Source: Eledone cirrhosa (taxonomy: Eukaryota). Taken from it: a stretch of 64,000 bases of DNA. Shown one piece after another: positions 28,179-43,825 of this stretch (positions are counted from its first letter, which is position 1; every line of letters starts with the position of its first letter). Below the pieces are notes generated by a model. That model was not told where the DNA came from. It worked only from the letters and a program-made list of their open reading frames with translations, and did not search any database. Both the position numbers and the translations under genes were made by a program. The stretch spans positions 13,702,001-13,766,000 of the forward strand of contig OZ024756.1 of the NCBI GenBank assembly GCA_964016885.1, written 5' to 3'.

Positions 28179-28199
28179 TGTATGTGTGTGTGTGTGTGT

Positions 28200-28730
28200 G
28201 TTCTTCTGGTTTTATAATTTCACAAATTTTTTCCCAATAAAGAGAGAGTCGGTTTCTAACATAGACACAAGACTCTCTCATTGGAATTTACACATCAACT
28301 AGGTAGATATGTATGTATGCATGTATGTGTAGATATGGATCTTATTGTATGTGTGGATGTGGATGTTTTGAGTTGTATGTGTGCATGTGTATATGCTTTG
28401 CATCTGTACATGTATATATGCAGTTATTAGATGTAACATTTTTGGAAAGTTTTACATATTTTTATTGTTCCATTAATGGATTGTACTTGTAATTTCCTAA
28501 CTAGTTGTGTTCTTTCTGTTCCTGTGAAGCCTAGCTTCTCAAGATTTGTATTGAGGCAGTTACTAACATATCCCAATGCCCCAATAATCACAGGTATAAA
28601 TTTGAAGGTGTAATCAGGGTGGAGTATCTGTAGATTTCTCATTAGTTCTGCATAGATATTCTCCTTTTCGCTAATCTTTGATATTATATTGGCATCTGCT
28701 GGGCAGCTAATTTCCACTACTGTGCATGCT
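28200..28730 (-). mobile_element. R4/Dong-like non-LTR retrotransposon, short 3' fragment
   Basis: EISCPAD...KISEKENIY...FIPVIIGALG restriction-like endonuclease C-terminus plus 3' UTR; bounded by (CATA)n/(CA)n. Confidence 0.8.
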
Positions 28731-28830
28731 TATGTATGTATGTATGTATGTATGTATGTATGTATGTATGTATGTATGTATGTATGTATGTATGTATGTA
28801 TGTATGTATGTATGTATGTATGTATGTATG

Positions 28831-30823
28831 TTATCTCTTTCTCTTAATTTCGAGTATATTTTTTTGACCGGCCACCTTCCTGGTGGCAAGGTTGTAAAAG
28901 AAAAGAAATTGTCATCCCTTGAATCGCAAGAATGTTTTGCAAATTTTGAAGGTGCCAGCTATCGCAGCCATTTGTAGACTATGAATTAGGGAGCTGCGCT
29001 TTTTGTCCGCAAATCCAAGTTCAGTCATGCTTTGGTCCAAGCGGGTTGGTATATAACCCGTAGCTCCAATAATGATGGGTATGAAGCTAAAGGTGTATCT
29101 TGGATACTAGATTTGTAAACTCCTCATCAATGGTCCGTAGATGTCCTCCTTCTCCTGTATTTTTCTGACAACGTTTACATCAAGTGGGCAGCTGATCTCC
29201 ACAACAGAACACGTTTTCAATGTGTGATCCCAAACAACAATATCAGGCCGGTTGTGCTTTAATTTGGTGGCAGTTTTTATTTTCAGGTTCCACCAGTATT
29301 CCTTAGTGCCATCTGTCTCAATATATTCTTCCTCGTTTGTTGTTAATTTTGTTTTCCGAAATGCGTTCCAGATGGTTCTAGCTATCCCATCGTGTCTCAT
29401 GGGGAGGTAGTAGCGAGATGACATTCTTTCGCAGCTGGCAACAATGTGGCTTACATCCTCGATCTTTGTTTTACATAGCCTACATTCATTGTCAGCTGCT
29501 GGCCCTCCTCTTTTGTGCAGCAGATATTTGGTAGGGAGTTCTTGTTCCTGTATTGCATAGAGATATCCCTCAAGGTGTGATGTCATAAACTTGTCGGAAC
29601 TCCATGCCAGGCTTTTTGAGTGGTTTATCCCATCTATGGTCTGTGTTTTACGTCTCAAGTATCCATGCACAACTTTTTCTGTAAATTGGTCAATTTTTTT
29701 ATCTTGTTTGAACATTGAATACGATCTTCCGATTTCTCTGGGTGAGAGATTTATATCAGGCTTTATTCCATATCTCTCCTCAGATCAGTCGCTATTCTAA
29801 TGATTTTTTTTTTCATGCTCATAAACCTGGGCAAGATGGTTGCCAACCTTTTTCCTCTGTTGAAAGTGTTGCTTCAGTGTTACTATCCGGGTCTCATATG
29901 TTGTTAATATTGATTTTAGACCCCGGCCACCTTCCTTGCGTGAGAAGTATAGCCTATCCACATCACCATTGATGTTAAAGTTCCCAGTAACACTGAGAAG
30001 TTTGCGAGTTCTAACATCCATCTCACTTAGTTCTTGCAATGACCAGTTCAGCAGGCCAAATGTTGGCGTTAAAATTGGCACAGCATAAGTATTGTGGGCA
30101 ATGTATTTGTTGTACGTTGACAGTTCTGATGACCATATTTTCTTTACTCTTCTGAGGTATTCAGTTCTGGTTCTCTCCTTATTTATGGGTCCATCATATC
30201 TGACATTCTCATCCTGTCTACGATATCTGTAGTTGTCATCTGACTGCAGAGGTTGTATTGTCAGGCCGTTCATCTCTAGATTTCTAGAGGAGGGCACAGC
30301 TCTTCCACGTTTTACTGCCAAATATGCACACTTGGACTTCACCAAATTTCATTTTGATGTCGGTTGAAAATTGTGTAATGAGGTCCAATTGTTTCTTGAT
30401 GTCATTGATATTTGGCCCATACAACTTCAGGTCATCAACAAAGAAAAGATGGGAGATACTTCTGGGCCCACTTCTTTGTCCACCTTGTTTCCTGAGTAGG
30501 TAAGATAGTGGATTCAGTGAGAGAACGAAGAGTAACACTGACAAGCTATCACCCTGAAAGATGCCCTTCTGGTAATGTATCTTATCAGTCTTAACTTGCT
30601 CCTTCTCACCTCTAAGGATCAAATTGGTGTACCAGTTCTTGGTCAGGCGTTCAACAGCAGCTACCAATGGTTGTGGGACTTTAGCTAACTGTAAAGCCTT
30701 AATAATCCACCCATGAAATACACTATCAAATGCTTTTTGATAGTCCAGCCACACCACAGTCATGTTTCTGCGATTCTTTGTTGTTTTTTCCTGAATCATT
30801 TTGTTAGTTAGTATGTTTCTGCA

Positions 30824-30826
<3 letters not shown>
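28831..30826 (-). mobile_element. R4/Dong-like non-LTR retrotransposon, 5'-truncated and frameshifted (RT + CCHC + REL endonuclease)
   Basis: WLDYQKAFDSV, GIFQGDSLS, HLFFVDDLKLY (RT); CRLCK..EDVSHIVASC; RHD; NRPDIVVWD...VEISCP; both ends abut (TATG)n. Confidence 0.92.
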
Positions 30827-30854
<28 letters not shown>

Positions 30855-30896
30855 TGTATGTATGTATGTATGTATGTATGTATGTATGTATGTATG

Positions 30897-31014
<118 letters not shown>

Positions 31015-31436
31015 CTTGCTTTTCCCTTTGTTTCACTCACGAGATTTTCGTGCTATAAGAGGCACAATACCTTTTCCCTGTCGTCACATGAAATTCTATG
31101 TGTACTTGTCATAGCTTAATTGCTATAAGTTACTGTTTTGTGTCGACTCTTACCCCACTGGACAGCGCTTTGGCTAGTGTCTGACGTCGTGACCCGTTGA
31201 TCAGCAGTGCCGTTGGTAGGTTTCGAAACTGCCAAAGTCCATTTCAACGGCCGATGACCATGGAGTCCTGTGCCTTTCGTTTGTATTTTTATTTTCAAAA
31301 GATAATTTTTTTAAAGTTTGTTTTTCGTTTTGCTTTGCCTTGTCCTCTCTTTGTAAATGTTCCTAAGGCGCTTAGACGAGCTTAGTGAATCTCACAGGAG
31401 CAGCAGCAGCAGCAGAGAGTCATTTTTGTGCAATAT

Positions 31437-31477
<41 letters not shown>

Positions 31478-31585
31478 GTGAAATAATTATTTACATACAA
31501 TATGACATGAAAATAGACAGACAGAAGAGACGTAAGAGAATGAAAATTAAAAAAAGAAAAAGAAAAAAGAACGAAAGAAATTTAA

Positions 31586-31985
31586 CAATAATTGTTTCTA
31601 CTTTAGGCACAAGGCCAGCAATTATCTCAGTACATTACTGGTACTTTATTTTTCGACCGCGTAAGGATGAAAGGCAAAGTTAACCTCGGCGGGATTTGAA
31701 CTCAGAATGGCAAGGGCTGTAACTCTTTGCGTCAAAGCATGGCGTCCGACCCTCTACCGATACTGCCAGTCCACCGCACCAAAATAATAAAATAATGATT
31801 TCTACTATAGACACAAGGCCAGCAATTATCCCAGTACATTACTGGTACTTTATTTTATCGACCGCGTAAGGATGAAAGGCAAAGTCAACCTCGGTGGGAT
31901 TTGAACTCAGAATGGAAAGGGCCATAACTCAATGCGGCAAAGCATGATGTCTGACACTCTACCGATACTGCCAATCCACCGCCAT
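31586..31985 (-). mobile_element. Two tandem family-1 SINEs
   Basis: Two reverse-complemented head-core-tail units. Confidence 0.85.
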
Positions 31986-32126
31986 ATAGATTTAACAACA
32001 ACGTTTGGACTGAGAAATAACTAAAGACAGTTGATATGAAATATGGATGAATAAATCTGAAACGAAAAAAATAAACAACGTAAAAAAAAAAATTTAAAAA
32101 AAAACGATTATTTTTGGTCGACTCAC

Positions 32127-32300
32127 CAGTTTGCTGGGATATATATTGTTAGATATTGTTAGTCCAGTTGTTATGTAACAACATCAACAACACTTCTGTT
32201 GTCTACCATAAAGTGAAGCCTCAATGTTGTGGGACCACACGGCGGCGCCTCTGTTGGTCTACAGCAGCAGTAACTGAAATACCAAACATTACAATATGTC
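32127..32300 (-). other. Candidate 5' UTR exon of the 883-aa gene
   Basis: Unique sequence ending in CTG|GTGAGT donor on the - strand (plus-strand actcac at 32121-32126); the CDS needs an upstream non-coding exon. The 5' boundary is unknown. Confidence 0.3.
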
Positions 32301-32394
32301 GCCTCAATCATTCGAAACTGGCTTTTAATTTAAATTCCTTCTCTCTCTCTCTCCTATTATTAATCTGTTCTTTCCAATCTTCTCATCAAAAACA

Positions 32395-34101
32395 ACACCG
32401 CCGCCGCCATCACCACCATCACCATTACCACTGTCACCACTGCCACCATCACCACCATTAACGCCATCATCACCACTGCCACCATCACTACCATTAACAC
32501 CATTAACACCATCATCACCACCATCACCATTACCACTGTCACCACTGCCACCATCACTACCATTAACACCATCATCACCACCATCACCATTACCACTGTC
32601 ACCACTGCCACCATCACCACCATTAACACCATCATCACCACCATCACCATTACCACTGTCACCACTGCCACCATCACTACCATTAACACCATCATCACCA
32701 CCATCACCATTACCACTGTCACCACTGCCACCATCACTACCATTAACACCATCATCACCAGCATCACCATTACCACTGTCACCACTGCCACCATCACCAC
32801 CATCACCATTAACACCATCACCACCACCATCATCACCACCATCATCATCACCATGACCACCATCACCATTACCACTGTCACCACTGCCACCATCACCACC
32901 ATTAACACCATCATCACCACTGCCACCATCACTACCATTAACACCATCACCACCACCATCATCATCACCACCACCACCATCACCACCATCATCATCACCT
33001 CCACCACTACCACCACCACCACCAACACCACCACCACCACCACCACCATCATCATCACCACCACCATCATCATCACCTACACCACTACCACCAACACTAC
33101 CACCACCACCACCACCACCAACACCACCATCATCATCATCACCACCACCACCATCACCACCATCATCATCACCTACACCACTACCACCACCACCAACACT
33201 ACCACCACCACCAACACCACCATCATCATCATCACCACCACCACCATCACCACCATCATCATCACCTACACCACTACCACCAACACTACCACCACCACCA
33301 ACACCACCAACACCACCACCACCACCACCAACACCACCACCACCACCACCATCATCACCACCACCACCACCACCATCACCACCATCATCATCACCTACAC
33401 CACTACCACCACCACCAACACTACCACCACCACCACCACCACCACCACCACCAACACCACCATCATCATCACCACCACCACCACCATCACCACCATCATC
33501 ATCACCTACACCACTACCACCACCACCAACACTACCACCACCACCAACACCACCATCATCATCATCACCACCACCACCATCACCACCATCATCATCACCT
33601 ACACCACTACCACTACCACCACCACCACCACCACCAACACCACCATCATCATCATCACCACCACCACCATCACCACCATCATCATCACCTACACCACTAC
33701 CACTACCACCACCACCACCACCACCAACACCACCATCATCATCATCACCACCACCACCATCACCACCATCATCATCACCTACACCACTACCACCACCACC
33801 ACCACTACCACCACCACCAACACTACCACCACCACCAACACCACCATCATCATCATCACCACCACCACCATCACCACCATCATCATCACCTACACCACTA
33901 CCACCACCACCAACACTACCACCACCACCAACACCACCATCATCATCATCACCACCACCACCATCACCACCATCATCATCACCTACACCACTACCACTAC
34001 CACCACCACCACCACCACCAACACCACCATCATCATCATCACCACCACCACCATCACCACCATCATCATCACCTACACCACCACCACCACCACCACCACC
34101 A
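32395..34101. repeat. Compound (CAC/CAT/TAC)n trinucleotide array with higher-order units
   Basis: Directly visible; produces the artefactual poly-T/I and poly-V/M ORFs. Confidence 0.92.
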
Positions 34102-34529
34102 CTTTGCCTTTCATCCCTTCTTAACTTTGTCTTTCTTAATTTTGCCTTTCATTCCTTCAGGTGTCGATAAAATAAAGTACCAGCAAAGTGGTGGTGGTGG
34201 TGGTGTATGGTGGTGATGGGGCGGCGGCGGTGGTGGTGGTGATGGTGGTGATGGTGGCGGTGGTGGTGGTTTCTGCCACAGGGAACTCAATTTGGAGAAG
34301 GTAGAGAAGGGGGAGGGGGAAGAAGTATTATACTGAGTCTAGGTGAAGGTGTGGTGGTGGTGGTGGTGGTGGTGGTAGTAGTGGTGGTGACGGTGATTGG
34401 GGGGGGGGCTTATGGTTTGTGAAAAATTCCATTCCATTATTATGAGTCTTTTAATGACTGTTACTGATTAATTGAGAATTAACAGATTGAAGGAGAACGG
34501 ACAGAAAGAAAGAAAGAGAGAGAGAGGGA

Positions 34530-34572
<43 letters not shown>

Positions 34573-36086
34573 GAAGAGAATGAAATAATCAAAAGATCAG
34601 GTGACAAAATGAGATGATGTGTATAGTTGTAGGGAGGGGGGGTACTGATGCAATGGGAGGGGTTGATGGGGGTGGGGGTAGATTGATAGATTGATTATAT
34701 TGAAGGAGGTAGGGGAGATTAGTGTGACGGATAGATGGTTTGGTGTATTTATTGTGGGGTGCGCCGCGTTATCCTCAGTTTGATTCCAGAGTAACAAGGC
34801 ACAGCCATAATATAGAATATTGAAACTCTACTTCGGTATTGAGTACTCACGTCAGAGACTGAGACACGCTGCAAAATCACGCTAAGAGTATTGCAATTGC
34901 TTGTCAAATTCACACGTACGACGGTCAGATATGGCTTTTCAAAACTTGCACTCCTTGGTACATTGACGACAACTATGGATCTCCTTGGCATCTGGTGTTG
35001 CATCAGGTTGCCTGTGACCCTTCAGATGCCACTTCAGTCCTGCTACAGATCGACATTCATACATACATGGTGGCTGCCAACTCGCTTTCGAGTACGGCCA
35101 CTACTTTATATCCATGTAGGAGAACCCCTACCGATGTGCTGAACGAGTGTGACTTTTTAGTCCTGCCAGTGACTTGAAAACTCTGGTACAAACACTACAC
35201 TTGTGACAATTATTGACACACAGTGCTGGGCCCATGGTACCATGTGACGACAAGTGCAGAGAGATCTCCAGATATAAAGCAATGCCTGTGCCGTGAAGCT
35301 TTTATAGTGAGCAAAGGCACTGCACAAAGCCAGTGCCACTCTCTTAACCAAGATATTTACCAAAAAGAACAACAAGTCAACATCATTGGATACCATCAGA
35401 GTTGCAGGTGTTATATCAGAGTTTTCCTTCTCCTAGAATTCTGCCTTGACAAAGGCTAAGGGGTCATCTCTCCCCGTGATTTTGGATGGCCATTGACTCT
35501 TAAGAGCTTCTTTTCCCTTTGACAGGTTTTGTTTTTAGTCCTGCAGGATGTCCAAAGTCACCCTCCTCAGTCGCCAACGACCCGACCATGAGACAGTTTG
35601 TACTGCGATACATGTTACCAGTAGCACCAACTGGTGACCTGAGATACATATATATATATATATACATACATACATACATACATATCCACATATACATACA
35701 TATACATATCTATATATACATACATATACATATATATATATATATATACATACATATCTATATATATACATACATATACATATCTATATATACATACATA
35801 TACATATATATATATATATACATACATATCTATATATATACATATATATATATATACATACATATACATATCTATATATACACACATATACATATATATA
35901 CATACATATACATATATATATATATACATATACATATATACATACATATACATATATATATATATATATACATACATATATACACCTATATGAAAACATA
36001 TATATATATATATACATATACATATGTATATATACATACATATATATACATATATATATATATATACATACATATCTCTCTCTCGC

Positions 36087-36125
<39 letters not shown>

Positions 36126-36389
36126 CTACATATACACATGTATGTATACACACACACACATATATATATATATAGAGAGATAGATACATACATATATACA
36201 TACATATATATATTCATACACACATATAAACACATACACTCATACATACATGATGGCTGCCCCCCCCCCTACCCTCGTTATCGAGTATGGCTATTGTACG
36301 AAAAAACAAACACACATAATAACAATAACGACAATAATAATAATAATGATAACAAGGCTGCAGGTAGTGGCTTGACATTCATTTCAACA

Positions 36390-39300
36390 ACGTTCTAACC
36401 ACTCTACCATTCTATCTGACGTTCTAACCACTCTACCATTCTATCTGACGTTCTAACCACTCTACCGTTCTATCTGACGTTCTAACAACTCTACCATTCT
36501 ATCTGACGTTCTAACCACTCTACCGTTCTATCTGACGTTCTAACCACTCTACCATTCTATCTGACGTTCTAACCACTCTACCGTTCTATCTGACGTTCTA
36601 ACAACTCTACCATTCTATCTGACGTTCTAACAACTCTACCATTCTATCTGACGTTCTAACAACTCTGCCATTCTATCTGACGTTCTAACAACTCTACCAT
36701 TCTATCTGACGTTCTAACCACTCTACCATTCTATCTGACGTTCTAACCACTCTGCCATTCTATCTGACATTCTAACCACTCTACCATTCTATCCGACGTT
36801 CTAACCACTCTACCATTCTATCTGACGTTCTAACCACTCTACCATTCTATCTGACATTCTAACCACTCTACCATTCTATCTGACGTTCTAACCACTCTAC
36901 CATTCTATCTGACGTTCTAACCACTCTGCCATTCTATCCGACGTTCTAACCACTCTACCATTCTATCTGACGTTCTAACCACTCTACCATTCTATCTGAC
37001 GTTCTAACCACTCTACCATTCTATCTGACGTTCTAACCACTCTACCATTCTATCTGACATTCTAACCACTCTACCATTCTATCTGACGTTCTAACCACTC
37101 TACCATTCTATCTGACGTTCTAACCACTCTACCGTTCTATCTGACGTTCTAACAACTCTACCGTTCTATCTGACGTTCTAACCACTCTACCATTCTATCT
37201 GACGTTCTAACCACTCTACCATTCTATCTGACGTTCTAACAACTCTACCATTCTATCTGACGTTCTAACAACTCTGCCATTCTATCTGACGTTCTAACCA
37301 CTCTACCATTCTATCTGACGTTCTAACCACTCTACCATTTTATCCGACGTTCTAACGACTCTACCATTCTATCCGACGTTCTAACTACTCTACCATTCTA
37401 TCAGACGATCTAACGACTCTACCATTCTATCAGACGTGCTAACCACTCTACCACTCTACCATTCTATCAGACGTTCTAACGACTCTACCATTTTATCCGA
37501 CGTTCTAACCACTCTACAATTCTATCAGACGTTCTAACCACTCTGCCATTCTATCAGACGTTCTAACCACTCTACCACTCTACCATTCTATCAGACGTTC
37601 TAACCACTCTACCATTCTATCCGACGTTCTAACCACTCTACCATTCTATCAGACGTTCTAACCACTCTGCCATTCTATCAGACGTGCTAACCACTCTACC
37701 ACTCTACCATTCTATCAGACGTTCTAACCACTCTACCATTCTATCAGACGTTCTAACCACTCTGCCATTCTATCAGACGTTCTAACCACTCTGCCATTCT
37801 ATCAGACGTTCTAACCACTCTGCCATTCTATCCGACGTTCTAACCACTCTGCCATTCTATCAGACGTTCTAACCACTCTGCCATTCTATCAGACGTTCTA
37901 ACCACTCTACCATTCTATCAGACGTTCTAACCACTCTACCATTCTATCAGACGTTCTAACCACTCTGCCATTCTATCAGACGTTCTAACCACTCTACCAT
38001 TCTATCAGACGTTCTAACCACTCTACCATTCTATCAGACGTTCTTACCACTCTGCCATTCTATCTGACGTTCTAACAACTCTGCCATTCTATCTGACGTT
38101 CTAACAACTCTACCATTCTATCTGACGTTCTAACCACTCTACCATTCTATCTGACGTTCTAACCACTCTACCATTCTATCTGACGTTCTAACCACTCTGC
38201 CATTCTATCTGACATTCTAACCACTCTACCATTCTATCTGACGTTCTAACCACTCTACCATTCTATCTGACGTTCTAACCACTCTACCATTCTATCTGAC
38301 GTTCTAACCACTCTACCGTTCTATCTGACGTTCTAACAACTCTACCATTCTATCTGACGTTCTAACCACTCTACCGTTCTATCTGACGTTCTAACCACTC
38401 TACCATTCTATCTGACGTTCTAACCACTCTACCGTTCTATCTGACGTTCTAACAACTCTACCATTCTATCTGACGTTCTAACAACTCTACCATTCTATCT
38501 GACGTTCTAACAACTCTGCCATTCTATCTGACGTTCTAACAACTCTACCATTCTATCTGACGTTCTAACCACTCTACCATTCTATCTGACGTTCTAACCA
38601 CTCTGCCATTCTATCTGACATTCTAACCACTCTACCATTCTATCCGACGTTCTAACCACTCTACCATTCTATCTGACGTTCTAACCACTCTACCATTCTA
38701 TCTGACATTCTAACCACTCTACCATTCTATCTGACGTTCTAACCACTCTACCATTCTATCTGACGTTCTAACCACTCTGCCATTCTATCCGACGTTCTAA
38801 CCACTCTACCATTCTATCTGACGTTCTAACCACTCTACCATTCTATCTGACGTTCTAACCACTCTACCATTCTATCTGACGTTCTAACCACTCTACCATT
38901 CTATCTGACATTCTAACCACTCTACCATTCTATCTGACGTTCTAACCACTCTACCATTCTATCTGACGTTCTAACCACTCTACCGTTCTATCTGACGTTC
39001 TAACAACTCTACCGTTCTATCTGACGTTCTAACCACTCTACCATTCTATCTGACGTTCTAACCACTCTACCATTCTATCTGACGTTCTAACAACTCTACC
39101 ATTCTATCTGACGTTCTAACAACTCTGCCATTCTATCTGACGTTCTAACCACTCTACCATTCTATCTGACGTTCTAACCACTCTACCATTTTATCCGACG
39201 TTCTAACGACTCTACCATTCTATCCGACGTTCTAACTACTCTACCATTCTATCAGACGATCTAACGACTCTACCATTCTATCAGACGTGCTAACCACTCT

Positions 39301-41643
39301 ACCACTCTACCATTCTATCAGACGTTCTAACGACTCTACCATTTTATCCGACGTTCTAACCACTCTACAATTCTATCAGACGTTCTAACCACTCTGCCAT
39401 TCTATCAGACGTTCTAACCACTCTACCACTCTACCATTCTATCAGACGTTCTAACCACTCTACCATTCTATCCGACGTTCTAACCACTCTACCATTCTAT
39501 CAGACGTTCTAACCACTCTGCCATTCTATCAGACGTGCTAACCACTCTACCACTCTACCATTCTATCAGACGTTCTAACCACTCTACCATTCTATCAGAC
39601 GTTCTAACCACTCTGCCATTCTATCAGACGTTCTAACCACTCTGCCATTCTATCAGACGTTCTAACCACTCTGCCATTCTATCCGACGTTCTAACCACTC
39701 TGCCATTCTATCAGACGTTCTAACCACTCTGCCATTCTATCAGACGTTCTAACCACTCTACCATTCTATCAGACGTTCTAACCACTCTACCATTCTATCA
39801 GACGTTCTAACCACTCTGCCATTCTATCAGACGTTCTAACCACTCTACCATTCTATCAGACGTTCTAACCACTCTACCATTCTATCAGACGTTCTTACCA
39901 CTCTGCCATTCTATCTGACGTTCTAACAACTCTGCCATTCTATCTGACGTTCTAACAACTCTACCATTCTATCTGACGTTCTAACCACTCTACCATTCTA
40001 TCTGACGTTCTAACCACTCTACCATTCTATCTGACGTTCTAACCACTCTGCCATTCTATCTGACATTCTAACCACTCTACCATTCTATCTGACGTTCTAA
40101 CCACTCTACCATTCTATCTGACGTTCTAACCACTCTACCATTCTATCTGACATTCTAACCACTCTACCATTCTATCTGACGTTCTAACCACTCTACCATT
40201 CTATCTGACGTTCTAACCACTCTGCCATTCTATCCGACGTTCTAACCACTCTACCATTCTATCTGACGTTCTAACCACTCTACCATTCTATCTGACGTTC
40301 TAACCACTCTACCATTCTATCTGACGTTCTAACCACTCTACCATTCTATCTGACATTCTAACCACTCTACCATTCTATCTGACGTTCTAACCACTCTACC
40401 ATTCTATCTGACGTTCTAACCACTCTACCGTTCTATCTGACGTTCTAACAACTCTACCGTTCTATCTGACGTTCTAACCACTCTACCATTCTATCTGACA
40501 TTCTAACCACTCTACCATTCTATCTGACGTTCTAACCACTCTACCATTCTATCTGACGTTCTAACAACTCTACCATTCTATCTGACGTTCTAACAACTCT
40601 GCCATTCTATCTGACGTTCTAACCACTCTACCATTCTATCTGACGTTCTAACCACTCTACCATTTTATCCGACGTTCTAACGACTCTACCATTCTATCCG
40701 ACGTTCTAACTACTCTACCATTCTATCAGACGATCTAACGACTCTACCATTCTATCAGACGTGCTAACCACTCTACCACTCTACCATTCTATCAGACGTT
40801 CTAACGACTCTACCATTTTATCCGACGTTCTAACCACTCTACAATTCTATCAGACGTTCTAACCACTCTGCCATTCTATCAGACGTTCTAACCACTCTAC
40901 CACTCTACCATTCTATCAGACGTTCTAACCACTCTACCATTCTATCCGACGTTCTAACCACTCTACCATTCTATCAGACGTTCTAACCACTCTGCCATTC
41001 TATCAGACGTGCTAACCACTCTACCACTCTACCATTCTATCAGACGTTCTAACCACTCTACCATTCTATCAGATGTTCTAACCACTCTGCCATTCTATCA
41101 GACGTTCTAACCACTCTGCCATTCTATCAGACGTTCTAACCACTCTGCCATTCTATCCGACGTTCTAACCACTCTGCCATTCTATCAGACGTTCTAACCA
41201 CTCTGCCATTCTATCAGACGTTCTAACCACTCTACCATTCTATCAGACGTTCTAACCACTCTACCATTCTATCAGACGTTCTAACCACTCTGCCATTCTA
41301 TCAGACGTTCTAACCACTCTACCATTCTATCAGACGTTCTAACCACTCTACCATTCTATCAGACGTTCTTACCACTCTGCCATTCTATCAGACGTTCTAA
41401 CCACTCTACCATTCTATCAGACGTTCTAACCACTCTGCCATTCTATCAGACGTTCTAACCACTCTGCCATTCTATCAGACGTTCTAACCACTCTACCATT
41501 CTATCAGACGTTCTAACCACTCTACCATTCTATCAGACGTTCTTACCACTCTGCCATTCTATCAGACGTTCTAACCACTCTGCCATTCTATTAGACGTTC
41601 TAACCACTCTACCATTCTATCAGACGTTCTAACCACTCTGCCA
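36390..41643. repeat. 5.2-kb satellite, 29-bp unit, with higher-order duplication
   Basis: GTTCTAACCACTCTACCATTCTATCTGAC; a rare GATC variant recurs at 37407, 39258 and 40732. Confidence 0.96.
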
Positions 41644-41689
41644 AGTTGACCTCGTATTGTTCGTCTTATGCTTCAATTAGAATTCTGAG

Positions 41690-41995
41690 ATCGATAAAAA
41701 TAAAGTGCCAGTAATGCACTGGGTGTTGATTTAATCGACATTCTTCTCCTCAAAAACATTATTGGCCTTCTACCTAATTCAGAAACCATTGACAGAATTG
41801 GTAGAGCGCCAGACAACATGCATAGTGGCATAGAGTCATAACCCTTTACGTTCTGCGTTCAAATCCCTCCCTCCGAGGTCAGCTTTGTCTTACATCTTTG
41901 CGGGGTCGATAAAATAAAGTACCTGTAACGCACTGAGGTTGATTCAATCGACCTCCTCTTCAAAATGGTTGGCCCTGTGCCTAAATAAGAAACCG
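41690..41995 (+). mobile_element. Degenerate family-1 SINE pair followed by (GTT)n
   Basis: GATAAAATAAAGTACC core present twice; GTTCAAATCC B box. Confidence 0.7.
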
Positions 41996-42098
<103 letters not shown>

Positions 42099-42228
42099 GT
42101 GTAAACGTGATTTTTGTGTGACAACCTAGATGTGTTTATCATTTTTTTCTGCCCCAACTACAAACAACTATCAGCACTCTAAGATTACTTCAAATAAATA
42201 AACATGACTACGTTTATTTATGTAAGTC

Positions 42229-42300
<72 letters not shown>

Positions 42301-42378
42301 CCCACTCTCAAGCGCGAAACTAATACAAATATCATTTGTACTGTCTCTCTGTTTTTTTTTCTCTGTTCATTTATTAAA

Positions 42379-42449
<71 letters not shown>

Positions 42450-42593
42450 GTGTTTCCGTAGAAAAGGTAAAGGTATGAAGAGTGCTCTATGTATAGTACA
42501 GAGCTATTTGATTACATAATTTCTGTTAAGATCGTCTAGTTTCCTGAAACTGTTGGTAATGTAATAATTATATTGTGTTGTTTATTGTGTAAT

Positions 42594-42652
<59 letters not shown>

Positions 42653-42818
42653 TTTGAGTATGTGTTAGTTAATCACCGACACTACTTGAGTATGCAGTAT
42701 ATGGGTAGCACCCCAAACATATAATTGGGATTATACTAAGGTATATCCTAATGTTTGTTGAGTGAGATGGTAATCAGTCAGAGTAAAGCTTAAGGCTTTC
42801 TCTGTTAATGTATTGAAT

Positions 42819-42859
<41 letters not shown>

Positions 42860-43739
42860 TATATATATGTGTATATATATGTATAATATATATATATAAA
42901 GGTTTACATATATATATATATGTGTGTGTGTTTTGCAACGGGCCACTTTGTGGCTCAATGAAGAGTTAATAAATTAAATAATCAGAGCTATATATCATAC
43001 AACATGTCTATAGAATCACCAGATAAAATATATACCGTTTCCTCTCCCAATTAGCATAATTAACCATATAAAAATCAATTAGACCAAGCTATAAGAATAA
43101 AACCTCCTATGACGAAATCTCCGACAAATAACCGAAAGCAACCCTTTATGTATTATATATATATATATATATATCATTCTCTGTCACTACCTCTCCTCCT
43201 CCTCTTTCCTCCTCCTCCTTCAAGTTTGACCTGTGTGAAATTCTTTTCTCGCGCGTCCTGGTCAAGCTGGTATGGAATTTTTTTTCTCTCTCTCTCTTTC
43301 GTCTGCGACTTCACAAAACTTATGTTTACCGAATTCGTAGACCAGACCCCTTCTTCTTCTTCTTCTTCTTCTTCTTCTTCTTCTTCTTCTTCTTCTTCCC
43401 CGTTAGACTTGTGCGAAATTCCTTCCTTTCTCACATTTCAACCAGGTTTGATGGTCTTTTGTCTCTTGTTCACGATTTCACCGAGTTTATATTCATAGAG
43501 ATCTGGGACTTGTCTATTTCTTCTCACTTTCCGTTGCTTAAACGATTTTGTTTGTTACCCTAACGTCCCCTTTATTTACGTGTCCCAACGACTTTTTTTA
43601 GCCGTTGTTCGCACCAACCTGAGGCATATGGCCCTTAAAGCGATGAAATGCCTGGGACGGTTGGAGGGTCACTGATGAAGGACTCACTTTTTCATATGCA
43701 CCACCATTTGCAACGGGCAGCCATCATTATTATCATATT

Positions 43740-43786
<47 letters not shown>

Positions 43787-43825
43787 ATAAATAAGTCAAA
43801 TCTTTAAAATTTGGCTTCTTTTATT

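Noticed and set aside
32853-34124. 423-aa Thr/Ile mucin-like ORF
   Set aside because: Pure CAC/CAT trinucleotide array ending in a SINE fragment; no splice or domain support.
34740-35640. Cluster of short ORFs in unique-looking sequence
   Set aside because: No coherent frame, splice pattern or recognisable domain; probably old retroelement debris.
36390-41643. CRISPR-like regular ~29-bp repeats
   Set aside because: Units are contiguous with no unique spacers, there are no cas genes, and the context is eukaryotic; it is a satellite.
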